From Candidatus Aerophobetes bacterium Ae_b3b (GTDB taxonomy: Bacteria > Aerophobota > Aerophobia > Aerophobales > AE-B3A), in assembly GCA_005223085.1 (NCBI GenBank), contig NJBP01000002.1, forward strand, positions 2,427-66,426: DNA of 64,000 bases, written 5' to 3'. Below, in pieces: positions 20,472 through 29,728 of this stretch. The position numbers and the translations under genes were made by a program. How positions within the stretch are numbered: position 1 is the stretch's first letter; each line of letters starts with the position of its first letter. A model generated the notes under the pieces. That model searched no databases and had not been told where the DNA came from. It saw only the letters and a program-made list of their open reading frames with translations.

Positions 20472-21845
20472 CTACCTCACTGAAGTGTGAGATAACTCAT
20501 ACTGAAGCTGCAACATCTTTGTTTTCTGGGAGAAGGTTCTGTTTATCTCTTTTACTTTAAGGGTGAAATACCTGCCAAGATGGGATAAAAACTCCTCTAC
20601 TTTTTCCGGATACTCGTCGATGAGGTTTTTTGTTTCTTTAGAATCCCCCTTTAAGTTATAAAGTTCATTTTTCTCCCCTTCAGGGTGAACAAGTAAGCTC
20701 CACTCTTTATCTCGGATGCACCGATGATATGATTCATGGTAACCGGTTATGATAAAATCTCTTATCTTCTCCTTTTTTCCCCTAACAACGGGCCAGAAGC
20801 TTTTCCCGGACATAGCCTGGGTCTCTTTTTTGAGATCCATTGCCTCCAGGATGGTAGGAAGAACATCAGGCATTTGAATGAGAGTATCAATCCTTTTCCC
20901 TGCATAAAGTCCCTCAGGAGGATGAATGAAAAGAGGTATTCTTATAAGCTCACCGTATAGATTATCCGGGGTCTTCATTATGGAGCCATGATCTCCATGA
21001 GGATGTCCATGATCGGAGAGGAGTGCTATAAGAGAGTTATCATAAAGACCACAATCTTTTATCTTCTCTAAAAGGTATCCCACCCACTTATCCACAAAGC
21101 TTACCTCTCCTGCATATAGAGCTTTCACATATTTTAGCTCCTCATCACTCATCCAGTCAACTTTTCCATATTGGGGATGGATGAGTTTGGGACCTTCATA
21201 ATTAGGATTGGTATACATCTTATCAAAAGGAGAAGGAGGGTCCCAGGGCTCATGGGGATCAAAGGAGTCCACCCAGAGAAAGATCTTTTCCTCACCTTTA
21301 TTGCGTTCCAGCCACCTTACCGCCTCCTGCATGACCTGGGCGGCAAAATAGTCTTCTTCTTTTTGCCAATGTTCGGTATTTTTCAAGTACTGCTCAAGCA
21401 TTCCCTCCACAGGATCGCCTTTCATGGCTGGCTTTATATAACCATTGATATTCTTATTTAAAGGGCCTGACACATAGGAGTCTGCCTCCTGTCCCCTTAT
21501 CCAACGAAAGCAGCTAAATCCTCGGTGAAAGTTCATGTCAGGTTTAAATAAATGGTAGGTGTCAGCAATCAAGGCTGAGGTGTAGCCGTACTCTCTCAAT
21601 ATCTCTGAGATAGTTACATCCTCTTTGGTTAAGGGTTGCCAGGGTCGGTAGGGAAGGCTACTACATCCTGTGAAAAGCTCAGTTCTAGCCGGAATGGTGG
21701 GAAGACCTTCGGTGTAAGCCTCTTCAAAGAGGATACTCTCCTTAGCAAATTTATCTATATTGGGCGTCTTTATCCATGTATTCCCATAGCATCCCAGATG
21801 ATCCTGCCTCAAACTATCCAGCATAATCACAATAAGGTTCATCAA
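20472..21845 (-). CDS. sulfatase-fold enzyme, T-x-P-x-R variant (paralog of 11575-12993)
   Basis: MLDSLRQDHLGCYG N-terminus. AYTEGLPTIPARTELFTG carries Thr-Ile-Pro-Ala-Arg where sulfatases carry Cys/Ser-x-Pro-x-Arg. Confidence 0.75.
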   Translation of the reverse strand: MMNLIVIMLDSLRQDHLGCYGNTWIKTPNIDKFAKESILFEEAYTEGLPTIPARTELFTGCSSLPYRPWQPLTKEDVTISEILREYGYTSALIADTYHLFKPDMNFHRGFSCFRWIRGQEADSYVSGPLNKNINGYIKPAMKGDPVEGMLEQYLKNTEHWQKEEDYFAAQVMQEAVRWLERNKGEEKIFLWVDSFDPHEPWDPPSPFDKMYTNPNYEGPKLIHPQYGKVDWMSDEELKYVKALYAGEVSFVDKWVGYLLEKIKDCGLYDNSLIALLSDHGHPHGDHGSIMKTPDNLYGELIRIPLFIHPPEGLYAGKRIDTLIQMPDVLPTILEAMDLKKETQAMSGKSFWPVVRGKKEKIRDFIITGYHESYHRCIRDKEWSLLVHPEGEKNELYNLKGDSKETKNLIDEYPEKVEEFLSHLGRYFTLKVKEINRTFSQKTKMLQLQYELSHTSVR

Positions 21846-22087
21846 CTTTCCTCCTGTTTTTTGATCTTATCTACTTTGCCTCTAGCCATAGTTTGGTTGG
21901 ATATTCTGGTATTATTCATTACGAAAGGTAACCGTCAAAAAAATTGCAGGATGATCATAAGAAAGAACTAATCTCCTCGAGAAGAAATTTGAACCACGTC
22001 ATACTCTCTACCTTTCTTTAAGAGCTCTACCGTAATCAAGTCACCGCTGAAGCCCTGGAAAATACTCATAATTCGGGATAGATTTCT

Positions 22088-23209
22088 TTATGAAGGTAAA
22101 CTTTTACCTGTAGTAGGATCGAACAAGTAGATATTTTTTTCTCTAAAAGCAAGGAAAATTTGATCTCCAACCCCAAGCTCTTCTACCTCCAGAGGAGGAA
22201 ACACTCCTCTCAATTTTATCCTGTCCCTTTCAAAATGTACCACTATCTCTCGACCAAATTTCTCTATTACCTCAACACTCATCTTCAAGCTGCCTATGTA
22301 TCCTCTCGGAGATCTTTGATTAGCTTTTACTATACAAATATCTTCTGGCCTCATTCCAATTACTACCTTGTCTATATTACTTTCTTTAATAACTTGGGTT
22401 AATCTAGGGGACAGCAGAATCTTAAAATCTTTGTTTAAAAGAACTAATCCTCTTCCCTCTTTAAGTTTAAATTCACAATCACCAAAGATGTTCATAGGAG
22501 GATTTCCAATGAATCTAGCAACAAATTTGTTTTTGGGTCTAAAATACACCTCCATAGGAGATCCTATTTGCTGGATCTTTCCTTCATTTATAACAACAAT
22601 TCGATCACTAATTGACATTGCCTCATTCTGATCATGGGTTACATGAATTATCGTTGCTCCAAGCTTTTGGTTTAACCTACGTAACTCTGTTTGGAGTTCT
22701 ATTCTCAATCGCGCATCTAGGTTAGCAAAGGGCTCATCCATCAGAAAAACTGAAGGATCTCGCACAATTGCTCTACCAATAGCTGCTCGCTGTTGCTGTC
22801 CTCCACTTAACTCATGAGGCATTCTTTCAAGCAAATGTTCGATTCTAAGCAGGCGTGCAGCATTTTTTACTTTTTCCAAAATCTGCTCCTTAGAAAACTT
22901 CCTCTGCATACGCAGCCCAAAAGCAATGTTGTTTTTGATTGAAAGATGAGGAAATAAGGCAATACTCTGGAAAACCATGGCTATATCTCGGTCCTTGGGA
23001 GGAAGATGGGTGACCTCTCTTTTCCCTATGAAAACTTTCCCCTGATCTGGCTGTTCGAGACCAGCTACACAATAAAGAGTTGTAGATTTACCACATCCAC
23101 TGGGCCCTAGTAAGGTCATCAATTCTCCATCGTTAACCTTCAAATTAAAATCTTTGACCGCTGTTATCTTGCCGTATTTTTTGGTCAAATTTTCGAGTCT
23201 AGCTTCCAT
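22088..23209 (-). CDS. ABC transporter ATP-binding protein (MalK/UgpC-like)
   Basis: Walker A GPSGCGKSTT, signature LSGGQQQR, Walker B FLMDEPFANLD. C-terminal regulatory domain. Confidence 0.9.
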   Translation of the reverse strand: MEARLENLTKKYGKITAVKDFNLKVNDGELMTLLGPSGCGKSTTLYCVAGLEQPDQGKVFIGKREVTHLPPKDRDIAMVFQSIALFPHLSIKNNIAFGLRMQRKFSKEQILEKVKNAARLLRIEHLLERMPHELSGGQQQRAAIGRAIVRDPSVFLMDEPFANLDARLRIELQTELRRLNQKLGATIIHVTHDQNEAMSISDRIVVINEGKIQQIGSPMEVYFRPKNKFVARFIGNPPMNIFGDCEFKLKEGRGLVLLNKDFKILLSPRLTQVIKESNIDKVVIGMRPEDICIVKANQRSPRGYIGSLKMSVEVIEKFGREIVVHFERDRIKLRGVFPPLEVEELGVGDQIFLAFREKNIYLFDPTTGKSLPS

Positions 23210-23212
23210 TCT

Positions 23213-24088
23213 TCATTCCCGTGATCTTGCAACTAATCCTCGTATTATCTGTTTTTGAGCTAATAAGATGACTAACAATATGGGGATCATGGACACAACC
23301 GAGGCAGCTGTCACTAAATCCCAAGGCTGATAATATCCAACCGCAAATCGAAATATACCAATTGGAGCAGGCTGAGACGCCTTGGTGTGACTGAACAAGT
23401 TAGAAAAGAAAAATTCATTGTAAGTCATTATGAATGTCATTAATCCTACTGAAATAAAGCCCGGTAGGGCTAAGGGAACAATTACTTTCCAAAGAGCCTC
23501 AATCCTTGTGCATCCTTCAACTCGGGCAGCTTTCTCCAGATCCTGGGGTATCTGTTTATAGAACGCCTGAAGGGCCCAAACTGCTATTGGTAGCAAGTAA
23601 GCCGAGTCTGGTAAAATCATGGCAAGATGGGTATCTAACAAACCCCATCTGGAAAACATCTCAAATAGAGGGAAGAGAAAAGATACTTGAGGAAACATGG
23701 AAAGTCCCAGAATTGTGAGCATTATGATCATCTTCCCTTTGAGGCGGGCTCTACCAAAAACATACCCGGCTAAACTTCCAGCAAATAAAATAATAATTGT
23801 TGTGGAGCCAGAAATAATGACACTATTTAAAAGGTACCTTTCAAAATCCATGAATTTCCATATCTTTATAATATATGGGCTAAGGTCAATACTCCTGGGT
23901 ATAAGGTGTTGGATACGACTGTACAGTTCAGAGGGAGGTTTAACAGAAGACATGAATAACCAGTAAACCGGAAATAAAGCCTGAAGAATAAAGATAGACA
24001 CAAGTATCCAAAATGCTACTTTATAAAGTTTTGATCCATCCCCCTGAAATACTAATTTACTTGCCTTCTTTATTCCTTTTAAGATCAT
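23213..24088 (-). CDS. carbohydrate ABC transporter permease (MalG-like)
   Basis: EAA loop (EKAARVEGCTRIEALWKVIVP). Confidence 0.85.
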   Translation of the reverse strand: MILKGIKKASKLVFQGDGSKLYKVAFWILVSIFILQALFPVYWLFMSSVKPPSELYSRIQHLIPRSIDLSPYIIKIWKFMDFERYLLNSVIISGSTTIIILFAGSLAGYVFGRARLKGKMIIMLTILGLSMFPQVSFLFPLFEMFSRWGLLDTHLAMILPDSAYLLPIAVWALQAFYKQIPQDLEKAARVEGCTRIEALWKVIVPLALPGFISVGLMTFIMTYNEFFFSNLFSHTKASQPAPIGIFRFAVGYYQPWDLVTAASVVSMIPILLVILLAQKQIIRGLVARSRE

Positions 24089-25101
24089 TTTCTTCTTTTC
24101 TCCATATATTGAATGAACACCAGGTAGGCCAATATAATAAGAAAAGTAAATATCATTGTCATCGTAGCTATTGCACTTCCTTTTCCGATGTTCTTCGCAG
24201 TGAAAAAAGTCCTTATCGTTAATAACTGCAAGGTCTCGGTAAGTCTCCCTGGCCCTCCGCCTGTCATAGTCTCAATAATGCCATATATCCTCATCGCTGT
24301 AATTGCCCGCCATAGCACCACTACTGTTATAGCTGGCATAATAAGGGGAAGGGTAATGTGCCGAAAGATCTGCCAGGTGTTCGCCCCATTTACCTTAGCT
24401 ACTTTATAATATTCCGAGGGTATCGACTCCAGAGCTGCAAGTAGTAATAATGTACTGATAGGAATATTTCGCCATACTGCTGCAACAATAACAGCATTCA
24501 TAGCTACAGCTGAGTACATCCAGTTAAATACATGGGAGTAAGATAGCAACCATGGAATGTATTCTTCTATGAATCCTGCTGACTTCAACAGATAGTTAAT
24601 AACTCCATATTCGCTACTATACATTAGTTTAAAGGTTATACCTGCAATAGCTATAGGAGTAGCCCAAGGTACCAGAAGTGCAGTTCTAATAATAGCCTTT
24701 CCTTTAGTTTGTTTGGAGGCAAGAAAAGCACCCATCATTGCAAACAGGAGCATAAAAACAATATTTAAAACAGTAAAATAAAAGGAATGGAGAAGAGCGG
24801 CAAAAAAGATTGGGTCCGTCAAAAGGGAGATGTAATTGGCAAGCCCGGTGAATTTATACTCCAGCCAGGGTTTGGTCGGTGCATATTGGTGAAAGCTCAC
24901 CCAAATTGTTCCAAGGAGAGGAACCCCGATTATTACGGTAAGTAATAGGATAAGGGGACTTAATAGGAGAAGACAAAAGTGCCCCTCCGATAGTCTTTCC
25001 ACCCATAGACTGAATTTACCGGGTATACCTCTTATCCCATTTATGAAAAGACCCAGGGAAACCGTTCTTAGTTTCCCTGGGCTGTTTCTCCCTTTTACCA
25101 T
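24085..25101 (-). CDS. carbohydrate ABC transporter permease (MalF-like)
   Basis: EAA loop (YKVAKVNGANTWQIFRHITLP). Overlaps the downstream permease start. Confidence 0.85.
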   Translation of the reverse strand: MVKGRNSPGKLRTVSLGLFINGIRGIPGKFSLWVERLSEGHFCLLLLSPLILLLTVIIGVPLLGTIWVSFHQYAPTKPWLEYKFTGLANYISLLTDPIFFAALLHSFYFTVLNIVFMLLFAMMGAFLASKQTKGKAIIRTALLVPWATPIAIAGITFKLMYSSEYGVINYLLKSAGFIEEYIPWLLSYSHVFNWMYSAVAMNAVIVAAVWRNIPISTLLLLAALESIPSEYYKVAKVNGANTWQIFRHITLPLIMPAITVVVLWRAITAMRIYGIIETMTGGGPGRLTETLQLLTIRTFFTAKNIGKGSAIATMTMIFTFLIILAYLVFIQYMEKRRK

Positions 25102-25109
25102 ATCACTGT

Positions 25110-26483
25110 TTACTTTTTCCTTCCATACTCTTCCTCGATCTTCCTCATACCGGCTTCAAGACGTTGAACAGCTTCCTTCACATCGTACTGGCCAATTAGC
25201 ATAGGCTTAAGTACATCTATCAGCAGTGCTCTCAGCTCCCCGTAGACCGGGCTGAACGGCCGCTCATTAGCGTATTGAACTGCTTGCCCAATGGTTCTCG
25301 CATAGGGGGCAAGCAAAGGGGAAACTTCTTTAATTTTCTCAGGAGTGAAAAGAGCCGAGTAGGGAGGTAGGGCTCCCATAGCGTTAATGAGGAAGAGCAA
25401 TGAATTGGGCTCTGCTGCTGCTTGAATTACCTTTACTGCTGCCCTCTTGTTCTTGGAGTTGGGATTCACTCCCCACCACCATCCCCCCATTGAACTGTTG
25501 CCATGAGGAGACATTGCCGAGTAAAGTGGTGTCGCTGCCCATTTCTCGGAAGAGAGTCCAGTTACCGGTTCCAATTGAGTAATTCCGAAGTTCCAGAGTC
25601 TCATAAAAACGGACTTACCGGCACCAAACATCCTCATCGCGTCACTGTTATTCCAACTGATAGCTTCTTTAGGCATAATCTTGTGCTTTAAATACAAGTC
25701 CTGCCAGGCCTTCAGAGTCATAATAACCTCGGGGGCATCAGCGGTTATGGGACGGTCTCCTACCGGTCCATAGAGATACTGTTTTCCTCCGTAGAGATAT
25801 CCGTCAAAAGCCCGCAAAAGCTCAAAGAAGAAGCCATCAAAACTTCCACCCTCATGGGGAGCGATCCAGCCGTAAGGAACACCTTCTTTTTCAGAGACCT
25901 TTTTAGCAGCATCAATGAGGTTGCCCAAGCTGGGGTTACTGTCAAACTGTAAGGGAGTAACCTTGTATCCATATTTTCCTAAGAGATCCTTCCGCACGTA
26001 GAGAACTCCTACCCCGAACCGCCAAGGAACAGCATAGTACTTGTTACCCCATGCCGCAGCATAAATACTTTGGTGTACTGGAAAAAGTCGGTTCCAAAAA
26101 TCTTTGGGCATGTGTTCCATCAGTGCTTCCGCATCTAGCCATCCTGCAGTAACATATTCTGCATAGTCCTCTACGGTAAGACTGGTGAGGTCCGGTAGTG
26201 ACTGTCCAGTTATCATAATTGTGGCAACTTCTTCCCTTTCCTTGGGGACACTGACATCAGAACGTCCAGGAACGAATTCGACTTTTATATCTTCTCCCAT
26301 TTTTATTACATTGTCTTGAACGATGGATTTCCACTTCTCCCAGTTCTCATCAGTCATTCCCTTATTAGCCCGGAACTGAACTTTAGTGGTAGCCCCAGCG
26401 GTACCGAGGCTAATCCCTGCTAGGATAAGGCAACTCAAAGCCAATATACAGAGACTTCTGCAAACATTTGCTTTTGCTCTCAT
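25110..26483 (-). CDS. ABC transporter extracellular solute-binding protein
   Basis: Signal peptide and SBP-like sequence; first gene of the SBP-perm-perm-ATPase operon. Confidence 0.8.
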   Translation of the reverse strand: MRAKANVCRSLCILALSCLILAGISLGTAGATTKVQFRANKGMTDENWEKWKSIVQDNVIKMGEDIKVEFVPGRSDVSVPKEREEVATIMITGQSLPDLTSLTVEDYAEYVTAGWLDAEALMEHMPKDFWNRLFPVHQSIYAAAWGNKYYAVPWRFGVGVLYVRKDLLGKYGYKVTPLQFDSNPSLGNLIDAAKKVSEKEGVPYGWIAPHEGGSFDGFFFELLRAFDGYLYGGKQYLYGPVGDRPITADAPEVIMTLKAWQDLYLKHKIMPKEAISWNNSDAMRMFGAGKSVFMRLWNFGITQLEPVTGLSSEKWAATPLYSAMSPHGNSSMGGWWWGVNPNSKNKRAAVKVIQAAAEPNSLLFLINAMGALPPYSALFTPEKIKEVSPLLAPYARTIGQAVQYANERPFSPVYGELRALLIDVLKPMLIGQYDVKEAVQRLEAGMRKIEEEYGRKK

Positions 26484-26598
26484 ATTTTCCCTCCCTGAAA
26501 TATGGTTCGAATTTCTAGGAAAGCTCTCATCAAGAAAAAACCATGAGTTAACAACCTACCTCGAGAACTTCCTTTTCCTGAGCTGACAGCCTACTCAT

Positions 26599-26629
26599 TC
26601 TCTCACCTCCTCCTGGCCTATTTTTAGCT
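26599..26629 (-). promoter_or_regulatory. conserved upstream box, copy 3
   Basis: tctctcacctcctcctggcctatttttagct, about 117 nt upstream of the SBP start. Confidence 0.5.
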
Positions 26630-26843
26630 CTTCTCTTACCGACAATCCAGCTTCACTACTACTTGTGAGGATTTTTCGAGCAGCATTTCTCTCAAAAACT
26701 TTCCTTAACAATGTTCACTCTCAAAAACATTGACAAAACATCCATCGAGATTATACCAAAAAAGAGCCGCTTTGGCAAGACCACCCTCGTTTTAGTTTCG
26801 CCTTCTAACCTGCATTCCTCATCGATCCAGAAAAGATTGCCCC

Positions 26844-27824
26844 TTACTCTCCCTTCAGCATCTCCCTTCGTTTGTTGAGCAGAGATTCAATAGCTTCTAT
26901 ATCTTCATTGGAGAGAGTCCACTTTGCTGCAACAACATTTTCCTCAATTTGAGATTGTCGTCGTGCCCCTACGATAGCTGCGGTTACCTCGGGACGTCGT
27001 AGCACCCAACCAATCGCCACGTGCGCCACAGTGATATCATTCTTTTTGGCAATAGACCGTAGGCCCTCAACCAACGCAAGATTAGCGCCTAACTCGGGTT
27101 CCTGAAAATGAGGATCTCTATCACGCCGATGGTCATCGTGGGGCAAGCTGTGTATCCACTCCTTGGTGAACTTCCCGGTCAAAATGCCCTTTTGCAGGGG
27201 ACTGTACACAATGACACCGATGTTGTTGGCTGCACAATAATCCAGCAGCCCTTCCTCCACACCCCGCTCGAGCATACTGTAGGGCGGCTCGAGTGAAGCC
27301 ACCGGATGAATGGGCTGGATACGTTGGAGTTGTTCTACGTTGAAATTAGAAACTCCAATGTAGCGGACCTTCCCCTCTTTTACCAGCTCGGCCATGGCAG
27401 CCCAGCCTTCCTCAATATCTTTGTCGGGATCTGGCCAGTGCATTAGATACAAATCAATAACCTCGACCTTTAGTCGCCGGAAGCTTGCCTCAATTTCGCG
27501 GCGGATACTGTCTTTGGTCAGTATGCCAGATATCTTCCCCTTTGAGTCCCACTTCCGACCGCACTTGGTAACAAGGATCACCCGCTCACGTATTCCTTTG
27601 ATAGCCCTGCCCACGACCTCCTCTGAGTGACCAAATCCGTATACTGGAGCGGTATCTATCCAATTTATCCCTAGTTCCACACCTCGCCGGATCACAGCAA
27701 TCGACTGTTCGTCATCCTGGGGACCCCAACTCCATGTCCACCCGCTTCCTCCAATTCCGGCCGTCCCTAGTCCAATGGTTGATAGGCTAAGCCCTGTGTA
27801 ACCCAGTCTTCTTGTCTTCACCAC
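26844..27824 (-). CDS. aldo/keto reductase
   Basis: AKR family sequence (GYTGLSLSTIGLGTAG..., IGVSNF). GTG start preferred after RBS GAGGAGG; the ORF track uses an upstream TTG. Confidence 0.8.
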   Translation of the reverse strand: MVKTRRLGYTGLSLSTIGLGTAGIGGSGWTWSWGPQDDEQSIAVIRRGVELGINWIDTAPVYGFGHSEEVVGRAIKGIRERVILVTKCGRKWDSKGKISGILTKDSIRREIEASFRRLKVEVIDLYLMHWPDPDKDIEEGWAAMAELVKEGKVRYIGVSNFNVEQLQRIQPIHPVASLEPPYSMLERGVEEGLLDYCAANNIGVIVYSPLQKGILTGKFTKEWIHSLPHDDHRRDRDPHFQEPELGANLALVEGLRSIAKKNDITVAHVAIGWVLRRPEVTAAIVGARRQSQIEENVVAAKWTLSNEDIEAIESLLNKRREMLKGE

Positions 27825-28406
27825 TACGCCTCCTCGCAAGTCTTATAAAGGGTCAATTTTCGATGAGTAAGCGCTACCACACCTGAGGTTCTCTTCCTCA
27901 GGCCAGAAGTATATCTAGCCCCCGAGCCTTGCTTTCTGACCACCAAAAGCATATCTCCTGCCTTACGTTTCTTCCAATTCTTCTTTTACCTGCTCGACAC
28001 AGCTGCGTCCATAATTCTACTCACGTAAGTAATTATCTCGCCTCCTTTTATTTCCATTTCTCCACGTATGGAGCCATCCCCGGCATATAAAATTTTGATC
28101 ACGCCTCTTACCTCCCATTCTTATTTTTGAGATCCAGCTTGCGATTCTGACAGAATAACAAAGTTCCTTTTATCCTAATTATGATTTGAACATGGTTGCA
28201 GGGTCAAGCAGGCGTGGTATCTTAAGTCTGACCAGTCTGTTTCCACCCTTTTCGTCTGGTGACGCCTCAGCAGCCATACCATAGATCTATCTCTTGTTCT
28301 CGCCTCTTCAAACTGGACTCGACCTTTTCGGTGACATGGCTTTCCTGGCTACTTCACATATCTCCAAGCTGGATCGGCCCTCCCTACCTGTCGGCGGACT
28401 ACCTAA

Positions 28407-28439
28407 CTCCTCACCTCCTGTCGGCCCTATTTTCCAGCT
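28407..28439 (-). promoter_or_regulatory. conserved upstream box, copy 4 (more diverged)
   Basis: ctcctcacctcctgtcggccctattttccagct in the 760-bp gap between the IclR and AKR genes. Confidence 0.4.
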
Positions 28440-28601
28440 TTGCCGCCTTCAAAAGATCTGAAGAACTGGTTTTGTAGCCAGTGCAAACCGCTTTCGACCT
28501 TTCTTTTGCTTAGGATGGAGATTGAGCCATGAAAGAACAATAAGGCAGACCCAGGATCTGCCTGCACCTTGGAATCTAAAAGGGCTGTCTTTCGACTCTG
28601 T

Positions 28602-29381
28602 TTATGTTTTATTCTCTAATCTTTCCCAGCCAAGCTTATTTGAAACCTCCCCCGCTGCTCGCTTAACTATCCTGCCTAGCTCTTCTTTTCGTCCTCGTCT
28701 CATACGGAAAGTCGGTCCAGCAATGCCAATAACACCTGCTATCTTTTTTGAATGATCGAATATGGGGGCGGCGATGCGTCGGACCCCGAGTCTTACCTCC
28801 TGATCATCAAAAGCGTATCCGTTGGCTCGGATTTCTTTTAACTCTTCTTTCAACTTCTCGGCATCGGTGATGGTATTTTGCGTAAACTGCTTTAACCCTC
28901 TTTCTCTTATAATATACTCAAAGTCTTCCTCAGACATATAGGCCAGAAAAACCTTTCCTACGGCGGTTGGATGCAAAGTTGAGTATCTGCTCCCAATATG
29001 GGCTACCAGTCTTATAGACTCGTAACTTTCGTGCTTGTCGATATAAACTATCTCTTTATCATCAAGAATAGCTAGTTCTACAGTTTCTTTCGATTTCTCC
29101 ATCAGCTTCTGCATTGAAGCTCTTGCCTTTTCCCGTAAATCCAGTCTATCTAGAAGTCTATCGCCAAGGGTCAAAAGCTTTAGAGTCAGTTGATATTTCC
29201 TGGTCACAGGATTGTGGCTAACATAGCCCCTTTGCTGCAAATTAGAGAGCAATCGTGAAAGTGAAGGCTTGGGGATGTTTAAAGAAGAGCTAAGCTGAGT
29301 AAAAGATAGCTCTCCTTGCTCACTCGCCAACAATTCGATAATCTTGAGAACCCTATCTACCGCTGGAATCAGTTTTTGCAT
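28602..29381 (-). CDS. IclR-family transcriptional regulator
   Basis: N-terminal wHTH (LKIIELLASEQGELSFTQLSSSLNIPKPSLSRLLSNL) plus C-terminal effector domain. Confidence 0.85.
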   Translation of the reverse strand: MQKLIPAVDRVLKIIELLASEQGELSFTQLSSSLNIPKPSLSRLLSNLQQRGYVSHNPVTRKYQLTLKLLTLGDRLLDRLDLREKARASMQKLMEKSKETVELAILDDKEIVYIDKHESYESIRLVAHIGSRYSTLHPTAVGKVFLAYMSEEDFEYIIRERGLKQFTQNTITDAEKLKEELKEIRANGYAFDDQEVRLGVRRIAAPIFDHSKKIAGVIGIAGPTFRMRRGRKEELGRIVKRAAGEVSNKLGWERLENKT

Positions 29382-29728
29382 CTTTATTAATCCATATATG
29401 AAACAAAGGTTCCTTTTTCTTAACTTAATAATAATATGAAAATCTCAAGTGTCAACCCCCCCCTTTTTATTTTTTGATAACCGGATGAGCCAAAAATATT
29501 GAGGGGATCGGCTATCTAAGCTACAATGAGTGCGGCGTAAATCAGCGAGTTTCATGGCAATAAAAGTGAAAGATACGGAAAGATATATTGTTAAGATTAT
29601 CCATTTTGGAAGTACCGCTAAAGGAGAAGGAAGCGAGGAGGGATGTATATTCAGTGAAAAAGGGAAATTTAAAGAAAGTTTTCGCTGACCTCCGTTAAAA
29701 GAAAAATAATCTAAAAATCTTTGGTCTT

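Noticed and set aside
640-21845. Annotating 640-1854, 11575-12993 and 20472-21845 as bona fide arylsulfatases
   Set aside because: The C/S-x-P-x-R formylglycine motif is absent (Thr at the nucleophile position), so sulfate-ester hydrolysis by the canonical mechanism is not supported.
11017-26600. Calling the SBP leaders ANTAR dual-hairpin / terminator targets
   Set aside because: Only one leader (26520-26560) has a plausible stem followed by a U-run. The conserved box itself does not fold into two hexaloop hairpins. Kept only as a hypothesis in the box finding.
11171-28439. Reading the conserved box as a sigma54 promoter (TGGCC...N..GC on the plus strand)
   Set aside because: GG to GC spacing fits in only one of four copies. 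A plus-strand promoter would also fire away from the genes it precedes.
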